Positions 12,069 through 21,029 of a stretch of 64,000 nucleotides of DNA are shown here, in pieces. The DNA lies in NCBI GenBank assembly GCA_963745835.1, contig CAVUZH010000024.1:288001-352000 (forward strand). The letters run 5' to 3'. Numbering within the stretch: the first letter of the stretch is position 1; every line of letters begins with the position of its first letter. The translations under genes were made by a program, and so were the position numbers. Source of the DNA: an uncultured delta proteobacterium. GTDB lineage: Bacteria; Desulfobacterota; Binatia; UBA9968. A model generated the notes under the pieces. It ran no database searches. It was not told the DNA's origin and saw only the letters and a program-made list of their open reading frames with translations.

Positions 12069-12344
12069 ATGGCGGAAAGAAAAGCCCGCAACCAAAATCA
12101 CCCAAGAAAGAAAACTCGCGCATGTCCCGAGTGCGGCTCGGTTGAGATCATACCGATCGTCCACGGCATTCCGAGCCCAGCATTGCAAAAACTCATCGAC
12201 AAAGGCGACGCGATCATTGCCGATCGCGAAGAATGGGAAGGCATGAGCGAGTGGTACTGCAAAGCTTGCGGCTGCGATTGGAGCGGCGAGTGGCGCCGGT
12301 TCAAAATGCCCGGCGGCGTAAACGCGACTCGGGTGAAGAAATAA
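12069..12344 (+). CDS. Small zinc-ribbon protein
   Basis: CPECG and WYCKACG Cys pairs. Confidence 0.6.
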   Translation: MAERKARNQNHPRKKTRACPECGSVEIIPIVHGIPSPALQKLIDKGDAIIADREEWEGMSEWYCKACGCDWSGEWRRFKMPGGVNATRVKK

Positions 12345-12374
12345 CATGGCCTCTTTGTCAACGGTCTTGCGACG

Positions 12375-13367
12375 ATGAAGAAACTTGCCGCAATCGTTAT
12401 CCTTGTGCTGATTTTTTTGACCGCAGCAAATTCGCTTTGGCCTTCCAAGGCATTCGGCCAAAGCATTTCTGATAAGAGAACTCCCGTCAGCGTCATCTAT
12501 GAAGCTGTCGCGGCGACGAACGCGACGCTCTGGCTGATGGAAGATGCTCGGCTTTTTGAAAAATACGGTCTCAACGCCAACGTCATTCACGCCCGTGGCG
12601 CAGTACCGGTGCAGGCGCTGGTGAGCAACTCGGTAGAATTCGGCGCCTTCGGCGGACCCTCCGCGGTTGCTGCGGTTCTGGCCGGCAGCGACCTCGTATT
12701 TATCGCAGCCAAAGGCAATTTCGCGGTGATGTCTATTTGGGTGCGTCAAGATTCGCCGATCAAGACCATCGGCGATTTGAAGGGCAAAACTCTAGGGGTA
12801 ACCCGAGCGGGCTCCGCGAGCCACACCATTGCTCGCTTAGCCCTGAAATCCGGCGGCATCGGCGAGAGCGAGGTCAAGTACCTACACCATCCCGGCTTAC
12901 CGGAAGCTTTTATTTCACTCGATCGAGGTCTGGTCGATGCGAGCTTTGGCTCACCGCCTCGTCCGGGGTTTCGAGAGCTGGTCGATTTGTCCTCATTGAA
13001 AATTCCGTTCCTGCAAGGAGCTATCGAGGTGCAGCGCAATTTTCTCCGGAACCGGCGCGATACAGCGCTCAATCTTTTACGGGCATACGTTGAGAGCATC
13101 AAGCTTGCGAAAGAAAAACCCGAGCTCATCATCGCTTCGATCGCAAAACGCATGAGAGTCTCGGCTGATATCGTGCGGCCAGCGTATCAGCCGCACGCGA
13201 ATGTTTTTGAAGAAATTCCCTATGTGCGAAAGGATTCGGTGCAAGCCATTCTGGATCTTTATCCCAAGGACCAGCTTCGCGTACCGTTCGAAAAGCTCGT
13301 CGACAACAGCTTGCTGCAGCAGCTTGAAGACAGCGGATTTATCAAAGCGCTATATCGCAAGGATTAA
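12375..13367 (+). CDS. ABC transporter substrate-binding protein (NMT1/TauA/SsuA-like)
   Basis: Signal peptide, FEKYGL, DLKGKTLGVTRAGS, C-terminal LEDSGFIKALY. Confidence 0.85.
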   Translation: MKKLAAIVILVLIFLTAANSLWPSKAFGQSISDKRTPVSVIYEAVAATNATLWLMEDARLFEKYGLNANVIHARGAVPVQALVSNSVEFGAFGGPSAVAAVLAGSDLVFIAAKGNFAVMSIWVRQDSPIKTIGDLKGKTLGVTRAGSASHTIARLALKSGGIGESEVKYLHHPGLPEAFISLDRGLVDASFGSPPRPGFRELVDLSSLKIPFLQGAIEVQRNFLRNRRDTALNLLRAYVESIKLAKEKPELIIASIAKRMRVSADIVRPAYQPHANVFEEIPYVRKDSVQAILDLYPKDQLRVPFEKLVDNSLLQQLEDSGFIKALYRKD

Positions 13368-13468
13368 CTCCTTGAGCGAAGCTATCCGTCCGGGTGCGGC
13401 ATACTGAAAATTTTTGGGACCATGCCCATGGAACAGAGTAATTTGCGCTGAAACGAACTCCAAAAGGT

Positions 13469-14122
13469 CTATTTACCGGCAAGAAGCCCGCAGTTTATCC
13501 CCGCTCCCTCTTCTTGCACCAAAACCGTTGTGCATTGAAAAGTCTGGCCTTGCGGAGTTTTCACCAAAGTAAAGTTTTTTTGATCAATGACGGTATAGCC
13601 GCCCACGTTGATGCTCGGAACGGCAACGTCCGCCGCACCGTTCGGCGAGAAAGTATCGATTGCCATGGTCAGCAAACCTACGGTGGCGACACTTTCAACC
13701 ATCTGCTGCGGCTCCGCCTGCGGCTGTGAGGTACTGCGCGCAGCGACCTGTCCTTTGACGATCGTCGTGAGCGCATCGATGTCCGAATTGATGCCAACTA
13801 ACTCCTGCTTGACCTCCGCGACACGGTCAGGCCGCAACGAGTTTGCCCTCAAAACGATCAGATACTCTCTTCTCTTGACGTCGAGTTCCACCAGCCGATT
13901 AAACTCTTTCGAACCGCCCATGGTCATCAGAAAGGTTGTCCTGATGGTATTGCCGACCTTTTGTCGCTCCGGCCAGCGCGCCTCCTGTGCCTCGAGTCGT
14001 TCCATCTCGTCATGATAACCATTCAAGCCGGTGACGAGGGTCATGCCGGGAGAGACACTTTTCGATGAACAAGCGCCCAGAATCAACAACAGAAACAAGT
14101 AGCGAGTCTTGTAAGTTTTCAT
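13469..14122 (-). CDS. Hypothetical lipoprotein
   Basis: Lipobox LILGAC after a basic N-terminus; coiled-coil middle region. Confidence 0.65.
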   Translation of the reverse strand: MKTYKTRYLFLLLILGACSSKSVSPGMTLVTGLNGYHDEMERLEAQEARWPERQKVGNTIRTTFLMTMGGSKEFNRLVELDVKRREYLIVLRANSLRPDRVAEVKQELVGINSDIDALTTIVKGQVAARSTSQPQAEPQQMVESVATVGLLTMAIDTFSPNGAADVAVPSINVGGYTVIDQKNFTLVKTPQGQTFQCTTVLVQEEGAGINCGLLAGK

Positions 14123-14550
14123 GGAGAGTCCTTCCGTGTCTTTGAGCAGGCAAGATTAGCGAGATTTTAACACAACAGAAAAAGCGGGTGTGAGCTTTTT
14201 GGTAGGTCTCGAGAAAGCGCAGGTGCTGCAGCTTTGGAGAGTTCACATCTTGCTCCGGGGAAGAACATACCAAATTGATCGAGGCGACAAGCGGCGAGAA
14301 AAGCCCGCAAACTCGGCTAAATCTTTGATCGTTCCAACTTTTGAGCCACCAGCGGACGCAGATTCGAGAGTCGAATGTTGTCCTCTCACATCCACATAAT
14401 CAATCCGTGCCTAACGTCTGGACCGGTGCCTGCTTTCGTTATAAAGAAAGCATGAAGCGCGGCGCGGTAGTGAGAAGAAATTAGATGGGCCTTTAAACCG
14501 CAGCAACTGGAACGAGCAGCGATTGTCTTGAACTAGTAGAGGGAGAATTC

Positions 14551-15642
14551 ATGAGCATACCCACCGAACAGAAAATCATTGACGGCGACGGCCACGTTGT
14601 CGAAGACATCGCCACGATCTGGAAATACATGCCGGAGCAGTACGTCGGCAGGAGTTTTTCCGATGCCCGCAGCAAGAGTCCTTTTCCACCCATCGATCAT
14701 ATGCACACCGCAAATCGCCATTTCACCCCGCGCGGCGCGTTTGCCAACGTCGGCCGCGAAGGTTGGGAGTTGTTTCTCGATGATGTCGGCATCGGCACGA
14801 CGGTGCTTTACACCAGCGCGGGACTGGCGTTTGGCAAAATCGTCAGCCGTGATTGGGCCATCGAGCTGGCCCGCGCCTACAACAATTGGATCTACGATAC
14901 CTACGTCTCCAAGAGCCCGCGCTTCAAAGCCATGGGACTCATTCCATTACAAGAACCTGCCGAAGCGATGATCGAATTGCGGCGCATCGTCCGCGATCTG
15001 GGTTTTTGCGGCGCGATGTTGCCGTCGATGGGCGCGAATATGCCGCACCTCGGATCCGAGAAATACTGGCCGATCTACGGTGAGGCCGAACGCCTTGGCT
15101 GCGCCATCGCCATACACGGCGGCGCCCATGAAGGCCTCCTTATGGACGATCTAAGTCCCTACGCGCCGGTCAATGCGCTGGGCCACCCGATGGGACAGAT
15201 GATCGCATTCGCCGGGATTATCTTTAACGGCATTTTTGACAAATTTCCTGGACTCCGAATCGGGTTTATGGAGGCAGGTTCGGCATGGCTCCTGACATGC
15301 CTCGAGCGGTTCACCGGCTCCTGGGAAAGCCATGTTCAATTCGATCCTCGCGGCCGTTTCCTCCAACTGAGAAAAGGCGAAAAAATTATCGACTATGTCT
15401 GTCGGCACATCGATGAAGGCCGCATTTATCTCGGCGTCGAAGGCGAAGAATTAACCATCGCGGAAGCGCTGCGCATTGTCGGCAACAAGCCGTTTGTTTA
15501 TTCAACCGACTATCCTCACGAAGTCGATGCCGACACCTGCAAACACGAACTGGAAGAATTGCGCGAGAACACCGAGCTGACGGTCGCGGATAAAGAAGCG
15601 ATCCTGTTTGGTAATGCGCAACGATTCTATCAGCTGCTTTAG
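14551..15642 (+). CDS. Amidohydrolase family (Amidohydro_2) protein
   Basis: IIDGDGH, ARAYNNW, FMEAG and STDYPH motifs. Confidence 0.9.
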   Translation: MSIPTEQKIIDGDGHVVEDIATIWKYMPEQYVGRSFSDARSKSPFPPIDHMHTANRHFTPRGAFANVGREGWELFLDDVGIGTTVLYTSAGLAFGKIVSRDWAIELARAYNNWIYDTYVSKSPRFKAMGLIPLQEPAEAMIELRRIVRDLGFCGAMLPSMGANMPHLGSEKYWPIYGEAERLGCAIAIHGGAHEGLLMDDLSPYAPVNALGHPMGQMIAFAGIIFNGIFDKFPGLRIGFMEAGSAWLLTCLERFTGSWESHVQFDPRGRFLQLRKGEKIIDYVCRHIDEGRIYLGVEGEELTIAEALRIVGNKPFVYSTDYPHEVDADTCKHELEELRENTELTVADKEAILFGNAQRFYQLL

Positions 15643-15775
15643 CAGACCGGCGAAAAAGACTCGTATGCTTTCTAAAGATGAATTATGAAAGCTGAAAACT
15701 GAATTCCGCTTTCAGATTTCCGCTTTCATCCTTATGATTCGCGCATCGCATCCGAGATCTTTTTGAGCAGTCTGC
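15643..15775. mobile_element. Degenerate MITE-like repeat, copy E
   Basis: CAGACCGGCGAAAAAG...TTTTTGAGCAGTCTG ends, located right after a TAG stop. Confidence 0.5.
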
Positions 15776-15818
15776 AAGTTACTTCTTTATCACATTGTTA
15801 GTTTTGGGAGATAAATCG

Positions 15819-16937
15819 ATGGGACAATATAAACCAAAAATAATCGATGGCGACGGACACGTCGTCGAAGATCACTCCGCCATCTCGGCGCGCATGCCCG
15901 AAGAGTATCGCGGCCGTTTCGGCTCGGGCCGTTCACCGTATCCACCAAACGATCATCTTCATGCGGCTAACGCCCATTTTCTTCCGCCCGGCGCGTTCGC
16001 CAAGGTTGGCCGCGAAGGTTGGCTCGAATTCATGGAGGATGTCGGTCTCGACAGCGCGGTATTGTATCCGACCAACGGGTTGTCCTTCGGACGCGTGGTC
16101 AGCAAAGACTGGGCGATCGAATTGGCGCGCGCCTATAACGACTGGATGCACGACGAATACATCAGCAAGAGTTCCCGCTTCCAAGCCTTAGGGTTGATTC
16201 CGCTCCAGGAACCGGCCGAAGCCGTGCAAGAACTTCGCCGCATCGTCAAAGAGCTCGGCTTCTGCGGCGCCATGCTGCCAAGCACCGGCCCGATGCAAAG
16301 CCAGAATCATCTTGGCGATGAGCGCTACTGGCCGATCTACGACGAGGCGAATCGTCTTGGCTGTGCCATCGGCATCCACGGCGGCGTTCACGATCATATG
16401 GGTCTCGATGACATGAGTCCTTACGCCCCGGTCAACGCTCTGGGCCATCCATTCGGTCAGATGGTGAACTTCGCCGGCGTTCTCTTTAACGGCATCTTCG
16501 ACAAGTATCCCAATGCGCGGTTTGGTTTCATGGAAGCCGGCGCTGGCTGGTTCGTCAATTGTGTGGAGCGTTTTGAGCGCTCCTGGAATAGCCACGTGCA
16601 GTACGATCCCCGGTCTCGCTTCTTGAAATTTCGCGACAAGGAATCGATTACCGATTACATCAAACGCCATGTCGATGAGGGTCGGATCTTCATCGGTGTT
16701 GAAGGGGATGAATTGACACTGCCCTTCGCCGTCAGCATCGTCGGCAACAAGCCATTTATTTTTTCGTCTGATTTTCCCCACGAGGTCAACAACGATACCT
16801 GCAAGGCGGAACTCGAAGAACTGAATGAGAATAAACGGCTTACTGAAGACGACAAGGACGCAATTCGCTACCGCAACGCGGAACGTTTCTATGGGTTGAG
16901 GCCCAATAAAGGCGACCCAACACTTCGATCGAACTGA
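15819..16937 (+). CDS. Amidohydrolase family protein, tandem paralogue of 14551-15642
   Basis: IIDGDGH and SSDFPH; long shared blocks with the upstream gene (DWAIELARAYN, SPYAPVNALGHP). Confidence 0.9.
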   Translation: MGQYKPKIIDGDGHVVEDHSAISARMPEEYRGRFGSGRSPYPPNDHLHAANAHFLPPGAFAKVGREGWLEFMEDVGLDSAVLYPTNGLSFGRVVSKDWAIELARAYNDWMHDEYISKSSRFQALGLIPLQEPAEAVQELRRIVKELGFCGAMLPSTGPMQSQNHLGDERYWPIYDEANRLGCAIGIHGGVHDHMGLDDMSPYAPVNALGHPFGQMVNFAGVLFNGIFDKYPNARFGFMEAGAGWFVNCVERFERSWNSHVQYDPRSRFLKFRDKESITDYIKRHVDEGRIFIGVEGDELTLPFAVSIVGNKPFIFSSDFPHEVNNDTCKAELEELNENKRLTEDDKDAIRYRNAERFYGLRPNKGDPTLRSN

Positions 16938-16970
16938 CCAAACGAATATCAATCAGTTGCGGAGTCAACC

Positions 16971-17975
16971 GTGAAAACAAAATCTTCTCGAGCAGGCAAC
17001 CGCTTCGTCATTTTAGCGACGGCTTTGTTTCTCGAACTGCTTTCCAGCACCGGAACGCAAGCGCAGAGCCTCACCACGTTTCGCATCGCCAACGGTACGT
17101 CAGGCGAGACCCCGGCGGTTCTTTGGGTCGGCGTCGATCAAGGATTTTACCGCAAGCACGGCCTCAATGTGGAAGCGATCTTCATGCGGAGCGGGCCGCT
17201 GGCAATGTCGGCGCTTGCCTCAGCCGACGTTCAAATGGTTTTTACCAGTTCCAACAATGTCCTGAACGTGGCCGCCGGAGGAATGGATGCTGCGGTGATA
17301 GGCACGGTTGTCGGCCGGCCCGAAGGCGACTTTATGGCGCGACCGGAAATCAAAAAACCCGAAGAGCTTAGAGGCAAGCAACTCGCCATCCAAAGCATCG
17401 GCGGCGGCGGTTGGGCTAACAATATGCTCGCGCTCGATTATCTCGGTTTAGATCCCGAACGCGACAACATCCGCTTCATCGTTCTCGGGGATCAACCCTC
17501 GCGAATTCAGGCGCTCGAAACCGGGCGCGCCCAAGCTTCATGGATGGGCTCAACATTTAGCGCGCCGCTTAAAAAGAAAGGCTACACGGTGTTGCTTGAT
17601 TTGGCGCGCGCGCCCATATCCTACTTGGGAACGTCTTTGGTCGCCCGCAAGAGCGCGGTTCGCCAGGAGCCCAAACTATACGAATCGATGCTGAAAGGCA
17701 CGATCGACGCGATGCGATTTTTCATGAAACCGGAAAATAAACCCGCGGTATTGCAGACCATGGCCAGGGTCCTGCGTCTCCCTCGCACCGAGGACGCCGA
17801 GAACGGTTACAATGCTTTGGTGTCAGTCTACACCAACGATATGAGACCCAAGGTCGAGGGTGTAAAGAAAATTCATTCGATTCTCGCGCGCACCAATCCG
17901 AAGCTGCAGAAACTTAAATCGGAAGAGATCATCGACGATTCATTGGTTCGCAAAATAGTTGAAAGCGGCTATTAA
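16971..17975 (+). CDS. ABC transporter substrate-binding protein (NMT1/TauA-like)
   Basis: Signal peptide, GFYRKHGL, ELRGKQLAI. Confidence 0.85.
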   Translation: MKTKSSRAGNRFVILATALFLELLSSTGTQAQSLTTFRIANGTSGETPAVLWVGVDQGFYRKHGLNVEAIFMRSGPLAMSALASADVQMVFTSSNNVLNVAAGGMDAAVIGTVVGRPEGDFMARPEIKKPEELRGKQLAIQSIGGGGWANNMLALDYLGLDPERDNIRFIVLGDQPSRIQALETGRAQASWMGSTFSAPLKKKGYTVLLDLARAPISYLGTSLVARKSAVRQEPKLYESMLKGTIDAMRFFMKPENKPAVLQTMARVLRLPRTEDAENGYNALVSVYTNDMRPKVEGVKKIHSILARTNPKLQKLKSEEIIDDSLVRKIVESGY

Positions 17976-18119
17976 CTGCTCTACCTATCGCGGCGAAGAA
18001 ACCGGCGTTCGAGACTGATCTAGGAAAAGCTTCGATTGCGCGGCAATCCAGGATCGGCCTTAATTTTCGGCGAATAGTTTGCCGCTTTGGCGAGGGGCAA
18101 AACGAAGCGGGAATGTCGT

Positions 18120-18311
18120 TTACTGAGAACGCTTTTTCTGGAGATTGGAATTTTTCTTTAGCCAGTTCTCGATCAACTTCTTTTTAAAGCGCCACTGGTT
18201 GCCAACCTTGAAAGCCGGCAACTCCCTATCGGCTAACAAGCGGTAGACTGTAAACTTATCGACATTGAGATACTTGGCAACCTGCTCTAGCGTCATCAGT
18301 TGTTCTGGCAT
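18120..18311 (-). CDS. Excisionase-like helix-turn-helix (HTH_17) DNA-binding protein
   Basis: LMTLEQVAKYL...TVYRL...LPAFKVGNQWRF. Confidence 0.85.
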   Translation of the reverse strand: MPEQLMTLEQVAKYLNVDKFTVYRLLADRELPAFKVGNQWRFKKKLIENWLKKNSNLQKKRSQ

Positions 18312-18512
18312 GTTCGTAGCCCTCTTTGGACCTTATCTGATCCCGATGGCGTGGCTCCACACAAAACGCTTAGAGTCCCATAAATTAGGGAGTGTCAAAT
18401 ATTCTAAATGGCAGGCAAGGTCAAGGCCCGGTGGGACGAACGCGGCGAAATCCTCCCGGTCTGTTTGATGAGCTAGCTAATGTAAGAACCGTTTACAGTC
18501 TCCCCGATCTGA

Positions 18513-18543
18513 AAGGCACGGCATCGACAGGATGCCGTGCTTT
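18513..18543 (-). terminator. Putative intrinsic terminator hairpin downstream of the RidA gene
   Basis: GCACGGCATC-gacag-GATGCCGTGC perfect 10-bp stem. Confidence 0.55.
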
Positions 18544-18550
18544 GATTTGG

Positions 18551-18898
18551 CTACGATTTAGCCGCACATACGGTGATTTCGACGAGAGTGCCCGGCGTGA
18601 GCGCCGCGCCCACCGCCGTCCTCGTCGGAAGGTTCGACCTATCGACCCAGGCCATCCAGGCTTCATTCATCTCATCCTTCAGCGCGGCATCAGCCATATA
18701 GACCGTCGCGCTGAGAATTCGAGATTTGTTGGTACCCGCCTTTGCCAGCACCGCATCGATCTTGCGCAAGACCTCTTCGGTTTGTCCTTTCATCGGCAGC
18801 GATTTGTTATCGGCGACGGTGCCCGAAAGAAAAACCAGATCTCCAAAGACAGCCGCGCTACAGTTCCATTCACGTGGATTGATCCGTTGTATATCCAT
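18551..18898 (-). CDS. RidA/YjgF family protein
   Basis: VFLSGTV, QTEEVL, MNEAW, PTRTAV and LVEITV motifs. Confidence 0.9.
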   Translation of the reverse strand: MDIQRINPREWNCSAAVFGDLVFLSGTVADNKSLPMKGQTEEVLRKIDAVLAKAGTNKSRILSATVYMADAALKDEMNEAWMAWVDRSNLPTRTAVGAALTPGTLVEITVCAAKS

Positions 18899-18949
18899 GA
18901 TCTCTCTTCTCCTTTTAAGGTTTGAACTGCTTGAACGATTTGAATTTTT

Positions 18950-20335
18950 TCAAAGTGGCGGACGCTGCTGGTACCACGGGGCACTTTGCTGGTAGGTGTA
19001 CCCCGCTCGCAAGATCGTCACTTCATCGAACGGTTTGCCGACGAGTTGTAGAGCGATCGGCAAATGACTATCCGAGAATCCGCAAGGAACCGACAACGTC
19101 GGCAGTCCGGTCAAGTTAAATGGCCCGTGGTATTCGGGAACCACATGTTTGAACAACGTGTCGATGGGTCCGACATCTTTAACCAGCGGCGCCGGACCAG
19201 CCTGGCATGGCAACGCCAGGCAATCCACTTTTTCGAAGATCTCGGCAAATTCCCTTCGGACACGACTTCGAACGCGCTGCGCCTGAATGTAATCCGCTGA
19301 TCCGGTTAAAAGTCCCAGATAAATCCGCGCGCGTCGTTGCGCCGCGCCGTTCTTCAGCACAGAGGCGGCATCGCTCTTATGCGCGGCCCAGAATTCGTTG
19401 TAATAAATAACGGCATTGGCGATGGTGGCGAGATTCAATGTCGGTACTTTAACTTCCTCGATGCGCGCGCCCAATTTTTTCAAATCTTCAATGGCTCGGT
19501 TGACCAGTTTGATGACGATGGGATCGGTGCGCGGCGCGCATTCGTTGATATAGTCGCGCGGCACGCCGACGGTCATTCCTCTGACGTCTTCGCGCAATGC
19601 GCCGGCATAGTCGGCCACCGGGACGTTGCTCGAAGTCGGATCTTTGGCATCATGGCCGGCAACCGCCTGCAGCATATGGGCGGTATCTTCGACCACACGC
19701 GCCATGGGACCGCAATGATCCAATGACCAACTCAGCGGCGCTAACCCATAACGGCTGACCCGGCCGTAAGTCGCTTTCAGACCGGCGATGCCGCAGAAAG
19801 CCGAGGGGTTGCGAATCGAGCCGGCGGTATCTTCGCCGAGAGAGCCCAAACAGAGTCCGCCGGAGACGGCAGCGCCGGAACCCGTGCTCGACCCGCCGGT
19901 GATGTGTTCGGTGTTCCAGGGATTGCGCGGCACCGGCAGCCCGCCGTCAGGCAAACTGCTCATATGAAGCTTGCCCATGATAATCGCGCCTGCTTCGCGC
20001 AATTTTCTGACAGCGGTTGCATCCCCGACGCCCGTAGTAAATTGGCGAATCCGTGCCTGCGCGCCTTTCACGTCCAATTGATCTTTAACAGCCACGGGAA
20101 TGCCGTGCATTGGACCGCGCCAGTTACCCTTGTGAATTTCCGCCTCGGCGTCCCGAGCTTCCTGCATCGCGCTGTCGGCCATTAAATCGATATAGGCATG
20201 CAGCCTACCGTCGATCGCTTGAATGCGCTCGAGCACCGCCTGGGTCAGCTCGACGGGCGAGAGTTGGCGCTTTTGAATCAGCTGTTGAGCTTCGTGAATC
20301 GACAGGTAATTGAGCGGCTTCTCGGCTCTAACCAT
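18950..20335 (-). CDS. Amidase-signature family enzyme (GatA/AtzE-like)
   Basis: GIPVAVKD, GGSSTGSGAAV and GEDTAGSIRNPS (Ser-cisSer-Lys triad). Confidence 0.9.
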   Translation of the reverse strand: MVRAEKPLNYLSIHEAQQLIQKRQLSPVELTQAVLERIQAIDGRLHAYIDLMADSAMQEARDAEAEIHKGNWRGPMHGIPVAVKDQLDVKGAQARIRQFTTGVGDATAVRKLREAGAIIMGKLHMSSLPDGGLPVPRNPWNTEHITGGSSTGSGAAVSGGLCLGSLGEDTAGSIRNPSAFCGIAGLKATYGRVSRYGLAPLSWSLDHCGPMARVVEDTAHMLQAVAGHDAKDPTSSNVPVADYAGALREDVRGMTVGVPRDYINECAPRTDPIVIKLVNRAIEDLKKLGARIEEVKVPTLNLATIANAVIYYNEFWAAHKSDAASVLKNGAAQRRARIYLGLLTGSADYIQAQRVRSRVRREFAEIFEKVDCLALPCQAGPAPLVKDVGPIDTLFKHVVPEYHGPFNLTGLPTLSVPCGFSDSHLPIALQLVGKPFDEVTILRAGYTYQQSAPWYQQRPPL

Positions 20336-20478
20336 GGTAAGTCTCCTTTGCAGCTTTGCGCTATCAGCTATTCCGGGGCAAAGCCCAGATCACTCGCTTC
20401 GTTCGCAATGACAAGTCTGGTGTATTTGACTCTGCTTGTCGTTCGAAGCGACCCACGGATCGGTTGTCATTCATTCAA

Positions 20479-20670
20479 TCACTTCCCCGTCCATTCCGGC
20501 CGAAACACCGGCGCCAACTCCTCGGCACCGAGATTGACCGAATGCAAAGTCTTCAAGTTATCCACGTAGAGCTCGATGATCTTGGCAAACTCTTCGAGGT
20601 CACCCGGTCTGGGCTCCAAGCCTTCGCGCGCCAGCTGCGCCATCAGACTTTGCTCGATGATCTTTTCCAT
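20479..20670 (-). CDS. Small GatC/AtzG-like amidase partner protein
   Basis: 63 aa, directly upstream of the amidase, GatC-like helical pattern ending in ELAPVF. Confidence 0.55.
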   Translation of the reverse strand: MEKIIEQSLMAQLAREGLEPRPGDLEEFAKIIELYVDNLKTLHSVNLGAEELAPVFRPEWTGK

Positions 20671-20960
20671 TTCGTTTCTCCCTTCTTAGCTGTTTAAAGG
20701 TCCGGAAGGTTGAAGTCGCGACTCTACCGTTCATGGCGCGTGTGCGTCAAGTTCTTCCATTCTTAGCACTAGAAGACGCCCGCAGCGCTGGTTGTGGTTT
20801 GCCGTGTCCTCCACCAGACAAATTAACGCAGAATTATTCAGACCTGACGCTCGCACGCAAGATATCATAGGAATTGGCAAAGTTGTTCTGCTTTTTGTGA
20901 TGTGAGTGGGTTGGGTTGCCATCTTTTATAGTTGCACTCCAAAAAGCGCTATAGACTGAC

Positions 20961-20975
20961 TGGCATGCCGGTTGC
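20961..20975 (+). promoter_or_regulatory. Sigma-54 (-24/-12) promoter upstream of the sensor kinase
   Basis: TGGCATGCCGGTTGC matches the TGGCAC-N5-TTGC spacing (GG-N10-GC). Confidence 0.65.
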
Positions 20976-21029
20976 GGTCCTCGACTGTAACGCGGGCCAC
21001 TCGCTGCCTTCGTCCACGGGTTCGCCTCC

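Noticed and set aside
11748-12749. Long antisense ORFs (e.g. 11748-12749, 45838-46884, 32632-33441)
   Set aside because: Shadow frames of well-supported genes on the opposite strand
18120-18311. Prophage excisionase marking an integrated element
   Set aside because: A lone HTH_17 gene among metabolic genes, with no integrase or phage genes nearby
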